This document shows positions 14,394-22,756 of a stretch of 28,247 bases of DNA, piece after piece. Made by a program: the position numbers and the translations under genes. The stretch lies in the IMG/VR virus record IMGVR_UViG_3300031977_000999, positions 1 to 28,247 of that record. The stretch is one strand, 5' to 3'. How positions within the stretch are numbered: the first letter of the stretch is position 1; the number at the start of each line of letters is the position of its first letter. Under the pieces are notes generated by a model. It saw only the letters and a program-made list of their open reading frames with translations. It was not told the DNA's origin and ran no database searches. The stretch is from a virus (Duplodnaviria; Caudoviricetes).

Positions 14394-16120
14394 TGGGTAA
14401 CATTGCCGCGGCACATTGGGGACACGATTCGGTCATATCGTTCTACAATGCAGAAACCGACACGTTTCATGTCATCGAGTTAGAAAAACTTACAGGTATA
14501 AAACATTATCGTGGCCATGCTCGTCTTGACGAACGTGAAGACATTCTTAAAGAGTGTCTGAAAATTTCTGAAAAAGAGTTCGGTATCAAAAACGATTACG
14601 ATGTTTTTATCTTAGGATCAACAACGATCGAAAAGAAATATGTTGAAGATAAAGATCCTTCAATTCTATCTAGAAGTATTGTTGATAAAATCTTTAATGT
14701 TAAAAATTTCTACATAAACTATAGACACCATAATGGTCACGCTCACGGTGCATATGCACAATCCCCTTGGTTTGGAGACGAAACCGTTATTTTCACCTTT
14801 GATGCGGGTGGCGATGATGGGTTTACATTTTTATGGGAAGCCGTTGGTGATAACGTTAAGTCAATTCAAAAACCTTTCTGGGAGGATTATAATGAACCGT
14901 TAATTGGTTACTATGGAAGAAATTACAATCATGCAATAGGTCATGGTTGTGTGAATATTGTAAACAGTACTCCCTCTATTTTAGATTTAGCTGGTAAAGC
15001 AATGGGTGCTGCGGCATACGGCAAAACCGACACAGATTTTTATAAGATTGGAAGAAGATTATTTCGTTATGATGAAAGTATGGTAAATAATAGGAACCCT
15101 ATGTGGTGGAGTGTCTGGTGGGATAAGTACAACAATGCGACAGATAGAAACGAATTTTCTGGTAAATTTTTTAATTCGCCTGAAGAAAATAATATCTTTC
15201 AAATAATGATGAATAAAAAACACACAAGGATGAAAGAAGAATACGATATCGCAAAAGGAATACAAGACGAATTCGAAACATGGGTCATGAAGTTTTTGTG
15301 GGAGAATGAAGATGTTATTAGGAAACACAAGAATCGTCTAGTAATAAGTGGTGGATGTGGTCTCAACGTTTTGTTAAATAGAAGAATTCAACGCGAATTT
15401 GGAGCGGAAGTATTTGTTCCACCCGATGTTATTGACTCAGGTCTTCCTTTTGGTTTTATCTCAAGATTTATGATAAGACGAGGTATGAAAAACAGTAGAC
15501 GAACCATCACCTATGCAGGTCCAAAGATACGTGATCTAAATCAATTGGATGATTATAAAGAAAAATATAATCACTTTGAAATTTCCGTTGAGGATCTGGC
15601 TCTTCGTTTGAAAAATGATGAGATCATTGGTCTCATACAAGGTGGTATTGAAGTAGGTCCACGTGCATTGGGAAACAGATCCATCTTATGCGATCCTAAA
15701 GGTTGGGACAAAAAAGACAAAGTCAACGAGATCAAACGTAGAGAACTTTATCGTCCCTTTGCGCCCGTTTGTCGTAGAGAAGACGCCGAGAAATATTTTA
15801 TTGCAGACAACTACGACAACTTATCCTACATGAATTTTGCAGTCGATGTTCGCGAAGAATACGCAGAACAACTTGCAGCGATCACACACGTTGATAACAC
15901 CGCGAGATTGCAGACCGTCACCGAAGATCAAAATAAATTACTATATAATATTTTGTCTGCGTTTGATGGTGTTTTGCTCAATACATCTTTTAACGTTCGT
16001 GGTAAGCCGATACTAAATACTTTACAAGAAGCATTTATGGTTTTGAATGAATCGGAACTCGATGCAGTTGTTTTATACCATGATGAAAAATTATGGTATT
16101 TCAATAATGAAAAAATATAA
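14393..16120 (+). CDS. NodU/CmcH/TobZ-family O-carbamoyltransferase
   Basis: GHDS, HHNGHA, DAGGD, GKAMGAAAYG, SGGCGLNV, EVGPRALGNRSIL, KRRE.YRPFAP, HVDNTARLQTV, LLNTSFNVRGKPI. Confidence 0.95.
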   Translation: MGNIAAAHWGHDSVISFYNAETDTFHVIELEKLTGIKHYRGHARLDEREDILKECLKISEKEFGIKNDYDVFILGSTTIEKKYVEDKDPSILSRSIVDKIFNVKNFYINYRHHNGHAHGAYAQSPWFGDETVIFTFDAGGDDGFTFLWEAVGDNVKSIQKPFWEDYNEPLIGYYGRNYNHAIGHGCVNIVNSTPSILDLAGKAMGAAAYGKTDTDFYKIGRRLFRYDESMVNNRNPMWWSVWWDKYNNATDRNEFSGKFFNSPEENNIFQIMMNKKHTRMKEEYDIAKGIQDEFETWVMKFLWENEDVIRKHKNRLVISGGCGLNVLLNRRIQREFGAEVFVPPDVIDSGLPFGFISRFMIRRGMKNSRRTITYAGPKIRDLNQLDDYKEKYNHFEISVEDLALRLKNDEIIGLIQGGIEVGPRALGNRSILCDPKGWDKKDKVNEIKRRELYRPFAPVCRREDAEKYFIADNYDNLSYMNFAVDVREEYAEQLAAITHVDNTARLQTVTEDQNKLLYNILSAFDGVLLNTSFNVRGKPILNTLQEAFMVLNESELDAVVLYHDEKLWYFNNEKI

Positions 16121-16123
16121 ATA
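16116..16123 (+). promoter_or_regulatory. T4-type late promoter (TATAAATA)
   Basis: Exact motif overlapping the carbamoyltransferase stop, 28 nt before GTG 16152. Confidence 0.75.
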
Positions 16124-16151
16124 ACTTTATACTTTCAACGAGGTTTTTATT

Positions 16152-16844
16152 GTGTTACGTTTTCAACAGTATCTAGAAGAAGGGGTAAATGATCCCGCAA
16201 TCTTCAAAGCAGTATTTCTTGCAGGTGGGCCTGGTTCCGGTAAATCTTTCATTGTAGGAAAGACCGGTCTTACATCAATGGGATACAAAGTTGTAAACTC
16301 TGACGATGCTTTTGAAGCGGCAATGAAAAAGGCAAACATGGAAATGTCGCCTAGTAACATTTTTTCGCCAAAGGGTCAAGAACTACGTGGTAAGGCAAAA
16401 CGTCTCACAGGCACGAAACAGGCGCGTTACATAAAGGGCCGACTGGGTCTTGTCGTTGATGGTACGGGTAAAGACCCAGCGAAGATTGCTAGTCAAGCTC
16501 GAGAGATCCAGAAGTTGGGATATCAAGCGGCAATGATTTTCGTCAATACAGACCTCGATACCGCTCTCAAACGCAATCGCATGAGAGCACGATCACTCCC
16601 CGACGCAGAAGTAGAATCCTACTGGAAACAGGTTCAACGTAACACTGGTAAATTCCAGAACATGTTTGGTAAAGAAAATTTCCTTGTGGTTGATAATAGT
16701 GAAGGCAAAGATTACAACAAGGAAACACTTCGTGCATTCCGTGATATCAAAAGGTTTACTAATAAAGAAGTGACACCAAAAGCGAAGAAGTGGATTGAAA
16801 CTGAACGACAAGCAATTCGACAGGCGGGCCGAAAAAAGTCTTGA
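16152..16844 (+). CDS. P-loop kinase (zeta-toxin/AAA_33-like) with capsid-targeting-like N-terminus
   Basis: Walker A AGGPGSGKS, VVNSDD, LVVDGTG, lid ALKRNRMRAR and VVDNS. GTG start with RBS GAGG. N-terminus MLRFQQYLEE. Confidence 0.8.
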   Translation: MLRFQQYLEEGVNDPAIFKAVFLAGGPGSGKSFIVGKTGLTSMGYKVVNSDDAFEAAMKKANMEMSPSNIFSPKGQELRGKAKRLTGTKQARYIKGRLGLVVDGTGKDPAKIASQAREIQKLGYQAAMIFVNTDLDTALKRNRMRARSLPDAEVESYWKQVQRNTGKFQNMFGKENFLVVDNSEGKDYNKETLRAFRDIKRFTNKEVTPKAKKWIETERQAIRQAGRKKS

Positions 16845-16869
16845 CAACCCCTATAAGTATCTGTATAAT
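16841..16869 (+). promoter_or_regulatory. Perfect-consensus sigma70 (early-type) promoter
   Basis: TTGACA (16841-16846), 17 nt, TATAAT (16864-16869). A-tract upstream and RBS TAAGGA before ATG 16895. Confidence 0.9.
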
Positions 16870-16894
16870 GAGTTTTACGCGATAAGGAAATATT

Positions 16895-17332
16895 ATGGCA
16901 ATTACGAAACCCCGTTTACAAGTTTATGAGATTCTAGATCAGGTATCAAAGAAACGTGCTAAAAAAGACAAGATACAAGTCTTACAAGAAAATGAGATGA
17001 TGGCATTAAGAGATGTACTAAGAGGTACATTTGATGAAATTATCCAGTGGAATCTACCCTCTGGCCCTGTACCCTATACACCGGCCTCTGAAGAAACACC
17101 CGCAAACTCCCTATTAAAAGCTCACATGAATTTTAAATATTTCGTGAAAGGGCTATTGGAATCTGAAAGATTAACTCCCGTCAAACGGGAAAAAATGTTT
17201 ATTGACATGTGTGAGTCAGTACATCCTCGTGATGCTGAAGTGTTAGTTGCTATGATAAACAAAAATCCGCCCATCAAGGGCATAACCAAAACACTGGTAA
17301 AGGAGGCATTTCCAGATTTAATCCTGAAATAA
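16895..17332 (+). CDS. Conserved T4-like phage hypothetical protein
   Basis: 145 aa. W.LP.G.VPY.P, YFVKG, KRE.MFI...E.VHP.DAE.L and GIT..LVKEAFP.L motifs. Confidence 0.8.
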   Translation: MAITKPRLQVYEILDQVSKKRAKKDKIQVLQENEMMALRDVLRGTFDEIIQWNLPSGPVPYTPASEETPANSLLKAHMNFKYFVKGLLESERLTPVKREKMFIDMCESVHPRDAEVLVAMINKNPPIKGITKTLVKEAFPDLILK

Positions 17333-17362
17333 TTTCCCACGTTACAACAATAAGGAGAGAGT

Positions 17363-17533
17363 ATGGTTGAACCAAATCAACTAGAAAGACTTAGAAAAGA
17401 CTCGCGAGAGTTGGGACATTACATTCATAAATTGCAAAAAAGGGGGAAAGCAGATATTGCATATAAAGTTGCGAAACGACAGACGTTTTTAGAGACTGCA
17501 ATATCACAAGCTGAAACTCGACTAAGGGGGTGA
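17363..17533 (+). CDS. 56-aa basic helical protein (absent from ORF track)
   Basis: MVEPNQLERLRKDSRELGHYIHKLQKRGKADIAYKVAKRQTFLETAISQAETRLRG. Strong RBS TAAGGAG, followed by a terminator. Confidence 0.8.
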   Translation: MVEPNQLERLRKDSRELGHYIHKLQKRGKADIAYKVAKRQTFLETAISQAETRLRG

Positions 17534-17548
17534 TCCTTATCTGGAACT

Positions 17549-17572
17549 GGCCCTCTAGATGAGGGCCTTTTT
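17549..17572 (+). terminator. Rho-independent terminator
   Basis: GGCCCTC-tagat-GAGGGCC 7-bp stem followed by TTTTT. Confidence 0.9.
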
Positions 17573-17593
17573 CATTTAACTGGAATCTAATTT

Positions 17594-17872
17594 ATGCCTA
17601 CATATGATTTAAAAAACACAGAGACCGGAGAAGTAAAAGAATTTCTGATCTCTATTTCTAAAAAAGAAGAGATGGTCGCATCTGGTGATTGGAAACAACT
17701 ACACACTAGCACTCCAGAACTTGTTACTCATACAGGTTCTATTCTTAATAAGACATCGGGTGATTGGAAAAATAAACTCGATCAAATCAAAAAACAATCC
17801 GGTGGTAATTCTGGGTTGTCCGCAGAGAAAAAACGCAAATACGGATTCGTTGATAACTCGATACATAATTGA
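17594..17872 (+). CDS. Conserved phage protein (FmdB-like N-terminus lacking Cys)
   Basis: 92 aa. MPTYDLKNTETGEVKE and W...L..IKK..G.N motifs. Located upstream of phoH. Confidence 0.7.
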   Translation: MPTYDLKNTETGEVKEFLISISKKEEMVASGDWKQLHTSTPELVTHTGSILNKTSGDWKNKLDQIKKQSGGNSGLSAEKKRKYGFVDNSIHN

Positions 17873-18567
17873 TGAAAACTAAACAACAAATAAACGAGTC
17901 AATGAATATTCGTATTGACGATCTACGTACAATAGATCCTGTTACCGAATCTCAGAAAGAGGCTTATACCGCATGGAGAGAAGGCGACAATATCGCCATG
18001 GTGGGTACTGCGGGTACAGGTAAGACATTCCTTGCAATGTATCTCGCACTTGAAGAAATCATGGATAAGAGTACCCCGTTTGATTCTCTACGTATCATTC
18101 GCAGTGCCGTACCCACACGAGAGGTTGGATTTCTGCCTGGCACAATTGACGAAAAACTGGATGCATTCACTGGACCATATCGTGCAGCTGCCGCGGATCT
18201 GTTCGAAGATGATCGCGCATATGAAAAACTCGTGCATAATAAATATATACAGTTTGAATCAACATCCTATATAAGAGGTGTGACATTCGATAATACGATT
18301 GTTCTGGTGGATGAGATGCAGAATCTCAACTTCCACGAACTGGATTCCGTGATGACACGGATTGGACATTGTTCTAAAATCATTTTCTGTGGAGATTACA
18401 AACAGTCTGATTTCAAACAGATGTCCGATAAACAGGGTATCAATACCTTCCTTGAGATACTTGAACAACTGAAACACTTTTCAGTCGTTGAGTTTAGTTG
18501 GGAAGATATTGTCCGGAGTGGTCTCGTAAGAGACTACATAATGACAAAGGAGTGGATGGGGCTATGA
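17869..18567 (+). CDS. phoH: PhoH family ATPase
   Basis: GTAGTGKTFLA, RSAV, GFLPG, YIRGVTF, DEMQN, TRIG, GD.KQSD, DIVRSGLV. Confidence 0.95.
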   Translation: MMKTKQQINESMNIRIDDLRTIDPVTESQKEAYTAWREGDNIAMVGTAGTGKTFLAMYLALEEIMDKSTPFDSLRIIRSAVPTREVGFLPGTIDEKLDAFTGPYRAAAADLFEDDRAYEKLVHNKYIQFESTSYIRGVTFDNTIVLVDEMQNLNFHELDSVMTRIGHCSKIIFCGDYKQSDFKQMSDKQGINTFLEILEQLKHFSVVEFSWEDIVRSGLVRDYIMTKEWMGL

Positions 18568-18806
18568 GTGACCTATTCGATTTTGGTTTTACTGCCGTAA
18601 CAGAAGACGAACTCGAAGTAGTACAGTCGACCACGGCAAAGGTAGAAACCACAACAGACACACTAGATAAGTTGTACAATGCGGTTATACCGTTACTCAA
18701 CAATCTAAAAGCAAATCCAGAGAAGGATTACATTTACTGGCCTAATCGGTTGGAAAAAGTAGAACAATTCGAAGATCACCTACAAAAAATCTACAGGGGA
18801 GAGTGA
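18564..18806 (+). CDS. Conserved phage hypothetical protein
   Basis: Start reassigned to ATG 18564 (ATGA coupling). FDFGFTAV.EDEL and PLLNNL..NPEKDYIYWPNR motifs. Confidence 0.8.
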   Translation: MSDLFDFGFTAVTEDELEVVQSTTAKVETTTDTLDKLYNAVIPLLNNLKANPEKDYIYWPNRLEKVEQFEDHLQKIYRGE

Positions 18807-19252
18807 TGAACAGAGAAGCAGTTTTTGAACAATTAAAAATCGACGAAGGAGTTGAACATGAGATTTATCTTGACCATCTTGGATATCCTACTTTCGGAGT
18901 CGGTCATCTCGTGCTTGAGTCAGATCCAGAGCACGGATTACCCGTCGGAACAGTCGTATCAGATGAGCGCGTTGCGGAGTGTTTTGACAGAGACCTCGAT
19001 CTGGCAATAAGCGAATGTGTTGCACTATACGGTGCAGACATCTGGGAAGGATTTCCTGGCGAGGTGCAAGAGATTCTCGTGAACATGATGTTCAACATGG
19101 GACGTACACGTCTGGGTAAGTTCAAGAAGTTTAACGCTGCGTTAGAACAAGGCGATTGGGCGACCGCAGGTGTTGAAGGACGTGACAGTTTATGGTATCG
19201 TCAAGTAACGAACCGTGCAGAACGTCTCATGTCGAGAATGGACAATGTCTAG
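18803..19252 (+). CDS. T4-type lysozyme (GH24) / endolysin
   Basis: LKIDEG..IYLDHLGYPTFGVGHL carries the E-x8-D-x5-T triad. Also NMMFNMG and DSLWYRQVTNRAERL. Confidence 0.92.
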   Translation: MMNREAVFEQLKIDEGVEHEIYLDHLGYPTFGVGHLVLESDPEHGLPVGTVVSDERVAECFDRDLDLAISECVALYGADIWEGFPGEVQEILVNMMFNMGRTRLGKFKKFNAALEQGDWATAGVEGRDSLWYRQVTNRAERLMSRMDNV

Positions 19253-19445
19253 GAAAAGACAGACTCGTAGATCTGACTACATACCTATGCGTATGGAACA
19301 ACTCAAGGTTGAAAGAGATAATCCACACAACTCGCCCATTGACGCTGAGTGGTACAACCGCATCATTCAGGAACTTGATTGGGCTAACATGATGACTGAA
19401 GAGTCAGAACAAACTAATTGTTTTATGGAGAAAGAAGAGAAGTAA
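19245..19445 (+). CDS. Small hypothetical protein
   Basis: Start reassigned to ATG 19245. 66 aa with a WYNRIIQELDW helix. Confidence 0.7.
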   Translation: MSRKRQTRRSDYIPMRMEQLKVERDNPHNSPIDAEWYNRIIQELDWANMMTEESEQTNCFMEKEEK

Positions 19446-19448
19446 ATT

Positions 19449-19601
19449 ATGGCAAAGTATAGCCGATATGATCCTCGTAATAAAAAGAAAGACCGACATA
19501 AAAACCAATATCTAGGTAGGACTCAAAAACCTATCCGAAGAGAATTGGATGAAGATGATCGCAATCTTCAGAGATATTACGAATCATTTAGAGTGAAGTG
19601 A
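19449..19601 (+). CDS. 50-aa basic microprotein (absent from ORF track)
   Basis: MAKYSRYDPRNKKKDRHKNQYLGRTQKPIRRELDEDDRNLQRYYESFRVK. It fills the gap between the flanking genes. Confidence 0.75.
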   Translation: MAKYSRYDPRNKKKDRHKNQYLGRTQKPIRRELDEDDRNLQRYYESFRVK

Positions 19602-19602
19602 A

Positions 19603-20460
19603 ATGAACAATTGGTTCCGCGAACCAATCTCAGGACAACCTATTTTTGTTAATGAAAATTATGAAATAGATTGGCGCGGAACGATTGGAGTCGGTGATAT
19701 ATTGTACGGGTTGAATTGTGCTCACCAGTTAGCACATATGTTCAATCATCCCATTAAAATGAATGTATTCTGGACTCATGGTGAAGATTATAACTATCAC
19801 TATGAAGATCCAGAAACCATTATTGAACGTACTCATTACCTTCACAATATGTATCATCGTCAATCCGATGTTACTCTCAATCACATCTATAACTCACCCA
19901 CCGACCATGAGATTGAAAAACTTCGATGGCGTGGGTTTGGTCACACAAGAGAATCTCAGCGCGTATTACAATTTCATCATTGGATGTTTCGAAAAGAATT
20001 ATGGCATCGGGGATATTCCAAAAAGGTTGTATTTTGGAGACCCACCTTCAATCGAGAAATTCCTAATGGTGGTAAAAAATGGAAAATGACGTTTACTGTT
20101 GGAGAATGGGAACGTATTATACAGTTCCTTGAACTCAAGGGATATAATCTTGTTGAGTTAGGATATAGAACACCCGTTAACGAAGCCTTCTATCACATAC
20201 GAACGTCATCGTTTTGTATTTTCTACGATGGTATGTGGCAGTATATTGCAAGAAATTTTTGTAAACCGGTGATTACTTTAGGGGGAAGTTCTATTTGCAA
20301 AGTCCATAGTCCACAGGGAGTTCACTTTTCAAAACCACATGATGAAAAGAACCACTTTTGGGATTACCTATATAGGTTACCGAACAATGAAAAACACCTT
20401 TATAGGCGTGCAAATCGATATAAAAAACAATTAATGGATAGTATAAATGTTTCAGATTGA
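19603..20460 (+). CDS. Putative GT-B glycosyltransferase (GT9/heptosyltransferase-like)
   Basis: N-terminal GVGDIL and C-terminal FCIFYDGMWQYIARNFCKPVITL, resembling the GT9 pattern D.G..H.A.A...P...L. Divergent. Confidence 0.55.
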   Translation: MNNWFREPISGQPIFVNENYEIDWRGTIGVGDILYGLNCAHQLAHMFNHPIKMNVFWTHGEDYNYHYEDPETIIERTHYLHNMYHRQSDVTLNHIYNSPTDHEIEKLRWRGFGHTRESQRVLQFHHWMFRKELWHRGYSKKVVFWRPTFNREIPNGGKKWKMTFTVGEWERIIQFLELKGYNLVELGYRTPVNEAFYHIRTSSFCIFYDGMWQYIARNFCKPVITLGGSSICKVHSPQGVHFSKPHDEKNHFWDYLYRLPNNEKHLYRRANRYKKQLMDSINVSD

Positions 20461-21424
20461 TCGTGCAGTGATAGAAATCAACGGGGGGTGTAACTTCTCG
20501 TGTAGTATGTGTCCGCAGGATATGCGTACCGGTGGCAGACACAAAGACTTTTTGCGTAAGATGACTCTCATCGAGTTTGAAGCAAATGTCGCAGACTGTG
20601 CAAAACACGGTCTCAATGTAGTCAACCTTGACGGTAGTGGTGAGGCAACACTCAATCGTAATCTACCAGAGTATATCAAGATTGTCAAGCGTTATGGTGC
20701 AAAGGCAGTTATCTTTTCAAACGGTTTTAACATGAAGGGTCAGTTCATGCGTGACTGTGTCGATGCAGGGCTTGATTTCTATCGATTCTCATTCATTGGA
20801 TCAAATAAAGATCAGTATGATAAGTGGATGTATAATCGTATCGGTAGTAACTATGATATTATCATAAATAACATACGCGAGATGAAAAAATATGTTGACG
20901 AAACCAATTCATCTTGCACTGTCGCGACGTATCATCTAATTACTGACAACGATAACCTTGACGAAGAACTTGAAGAATACAAGTCTATTGTCGAGGATTT
21001 AGGTGTAGCTACTGAAATATGGAAAATGCATAACTGGAGCGGAGTGTATAAACCAGAATATGGCAGAAATGGAAGTGTTAAAACTTGTGGTCGTCCTTTT
21101 AGCCCCGATGTCGTTATACGGGCTGGTGGTCTCAATGGTCGTTCAGGCGCAGTTGCGCCGTGTTGTCAAGTCCTTGGAAGAGACGAAGAAGCAGTTCTTG
21201 GACATACAAGCGAATCAACCATCGAAGAAATCTGGTACGGAGAAGAATACGAACGACTGAGGGAACAACATCGCACAGGTGACTATCCTGACTTCTGCAA
21301 AGAATGTGACTTTTTATTAGACGATCCAGAAGTCTTAGTTTACTCCAACTTTGGTCGTGACAACTACAAGATGTACGGCACTGAATTTGATCTGGATGAT
21401 TATCGCGATGTCACAAAAACCTGA
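20447..21424 (+). CDS. Radical SAM protein with SPASM/twitch domain
   Basis: CNFSCSMC, GSGEATL, SNG, and C-terminal CGRPF..PCCQ..LG..IWYG..R..H..C..C. Confidence 0.92.
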   Translation: MFQIDRAVIEINGGCNFSCSMCPQDMRTGGRHKDFLRKMTLIEFEANVADCAKHGLNVVNLDGSGEATLNRNLPEYIKIVKRYGAKAVIFSNGFNMKGQFMRDCVDAGLDFYRFSFIGSNKDQYDKWMYNRIGSNYDIIINNIREMKKYVDETNSSCTVATYHLITDNDNLDEELEEYKSIVEDLGVATEIWKMHNWSGVYKPEYGRNGSVKTCGRPFSPDVVIRAGGLNGRSGAVAPCCQVLGRDEEAVLGHTSESTIEEIWYGEEYERLREQHRTGDYPDFCKECDFLLDDPEVLVYSNFGRDNYKMYGTEFDLDDYRDVTKT

Positions 21425-21962
21425 AGTATGGATGATTCAAATTCCTGACAATCCTCGTTCGATGTATTATCGTGGACGGGTTGAAGAGTCGTGGTCTGAC
21501 TATAATCTCAATTTTTTTAACGCGATCACTCCACAGAATCCCACCAAAAACGAATACTTGACCTTTGGTAAAAAACGTGATACAATAGAGTTTACTGATA
21601 CTGAAATATCTGTATGGTATAGTCACATAGAGTTATGGGCAAAGGCAAGGAAAAAACCTATATTGATTATTGAACATGATGCGTTACTTTTAGAACCAAT
21701 TCCTGATGAGATATTTGATCATGATATGGTTTGTTTAGGTCACCATCGTAAACCAGATATATGGTTGCCAGGGCTTGCATATTATTTAACACCGAAAATT
21801 GCAAGTGATATGGTTCGAAGAGCGAAAAGTTCTAAAATTGATGCTAATTCTGATAGTTTTATTCACCAATATTGTGAAAGATTTGGTGTGTTTGAATGTA
21901 AGTATGTGTATCAAGTTCAGAATAAATCTATAGGAACAACAATAGAGCATCGTAAAAAATGA
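21408..21962 (+). CDS. GT25-like glycosyltransferase
   Basis: Start reassigned to ATG 21408. FFNAI, E.S..YSH..LW, ILIIEHDA, AYYLTP..A and D.FI motifs. Confidence 0.75.
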   Translation: MSQKPEVWMIQIPDNPRSMYYRGRVEESWSDYNLNFFNAITPQNPTKNEYLTFGKKRDTIEFTDTEISVWYSHIELWAKARKKPILIIEHDALLLEPIPDEIFDHDMVCLGHHRKPDIWLPGLAYYLTPKIASDMVRRAKSSKIDANSDSFIHQYCERFGVFECKYVYQVQNKSIGTTIEHRKK

Positions 21963-22756
21963 AAAGATTGATATATCAAGTTTGTTTGGGGAAATCAAAA
22001 GACTCCAAACTATACGCGCATTGTATTGAAAGTGTTAAGAAATATTGTAAAAAATATAAAATTGATCACCTCGTTCAAACACAACCCGTATTGTGTATTC
22101 GTCCAGATCCCTTCATGAGCAATCGTTCAGAAGACTCGTGGAAGAAACACGGCGGGTTCCTACCTATCTATGAGAAAGAGAATGCGTTTCGTCGCGAGTT
22201 CCTACACAAGTATGATCAGATTGCAATTGTAGATGCGGATATCTTTATTCGTGATGACGCACCAAATATCTTTGATGACTTAGATAAGAACACAGTGTTT
22301 GGTGCAGTTTGTGAACGTGAGATGCCTATCAACGAGAAGTACAAGGCAAAGATCACCAACTATTCAATCATGCAGTATAAACCATTGCACAACTCAAGAG
22401 TCGATTTCAAGCCCAATAATCTTGGATACGAGTTTTTCAATATGGGGTTGATCCTTTTCAATACAAAGAAACTAGAACCGTTTTTACGTGGACAAGACCC
22501 ACAACAGTTTATCGAACGCGGGGAGTTCATGGACTTTGTGAATGGTAAGGGTGCGTGGAAATGGTCGACTGATCAAACTCTGTTGAACTTCTGGATCAAG
22601 AAACACCGTATACCGATTCAACATCTAAGTTGGAAGTGGAATGGGTTGTACACCGCAAACACTAATATATCTGAGTGCAACTTCATACATTTCTTTTTAA
22701 AAGATTTACTGCCCTCACAGGGGGAAAACGTCGAAGAGTTAATGAAACTGATATGA
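21959..22756 (+). CDS. GT8-like GT-A glycosyltransferase
   Basis: IAIVDADI (DxD), FFNMGLILFN, DQTLLN, KWNGL, FIHF. Confidence 0.8.
   Translation: MKRLIYQVCLGKSKDSKLYAHCIESVKKYCKKYKIDHLVQTQPVLCIRPDPFMSNRSEDSWKKHGGFLPIYEKENAFRREFLHKYDQIAIVDADIFIRDDAPNIFDDLDKNTVFGAVCEREMPINEKYKAKITNYSIMQYKPLHNSRVDFKPNNLGYEFFNMGLILFNTKKLEPFLRGQDPQQFIERGEFMDFVNGKGAWKWSTDQTLLNFWIKKHRIPIQHLSWKWNGLYTANTNISECNFIHFFLKDLLPSQGENVEELMKLI

Noticed and set aside
16013-16019. Intragenic CTAAATA (also at 7270-7276) as late promoters
   Set aside because: These are non-consensus, lie inside coding sequence in AT-rich DNA, and are expected by chance. A perfect TATAAATA lies nearer the next gene at 16116.
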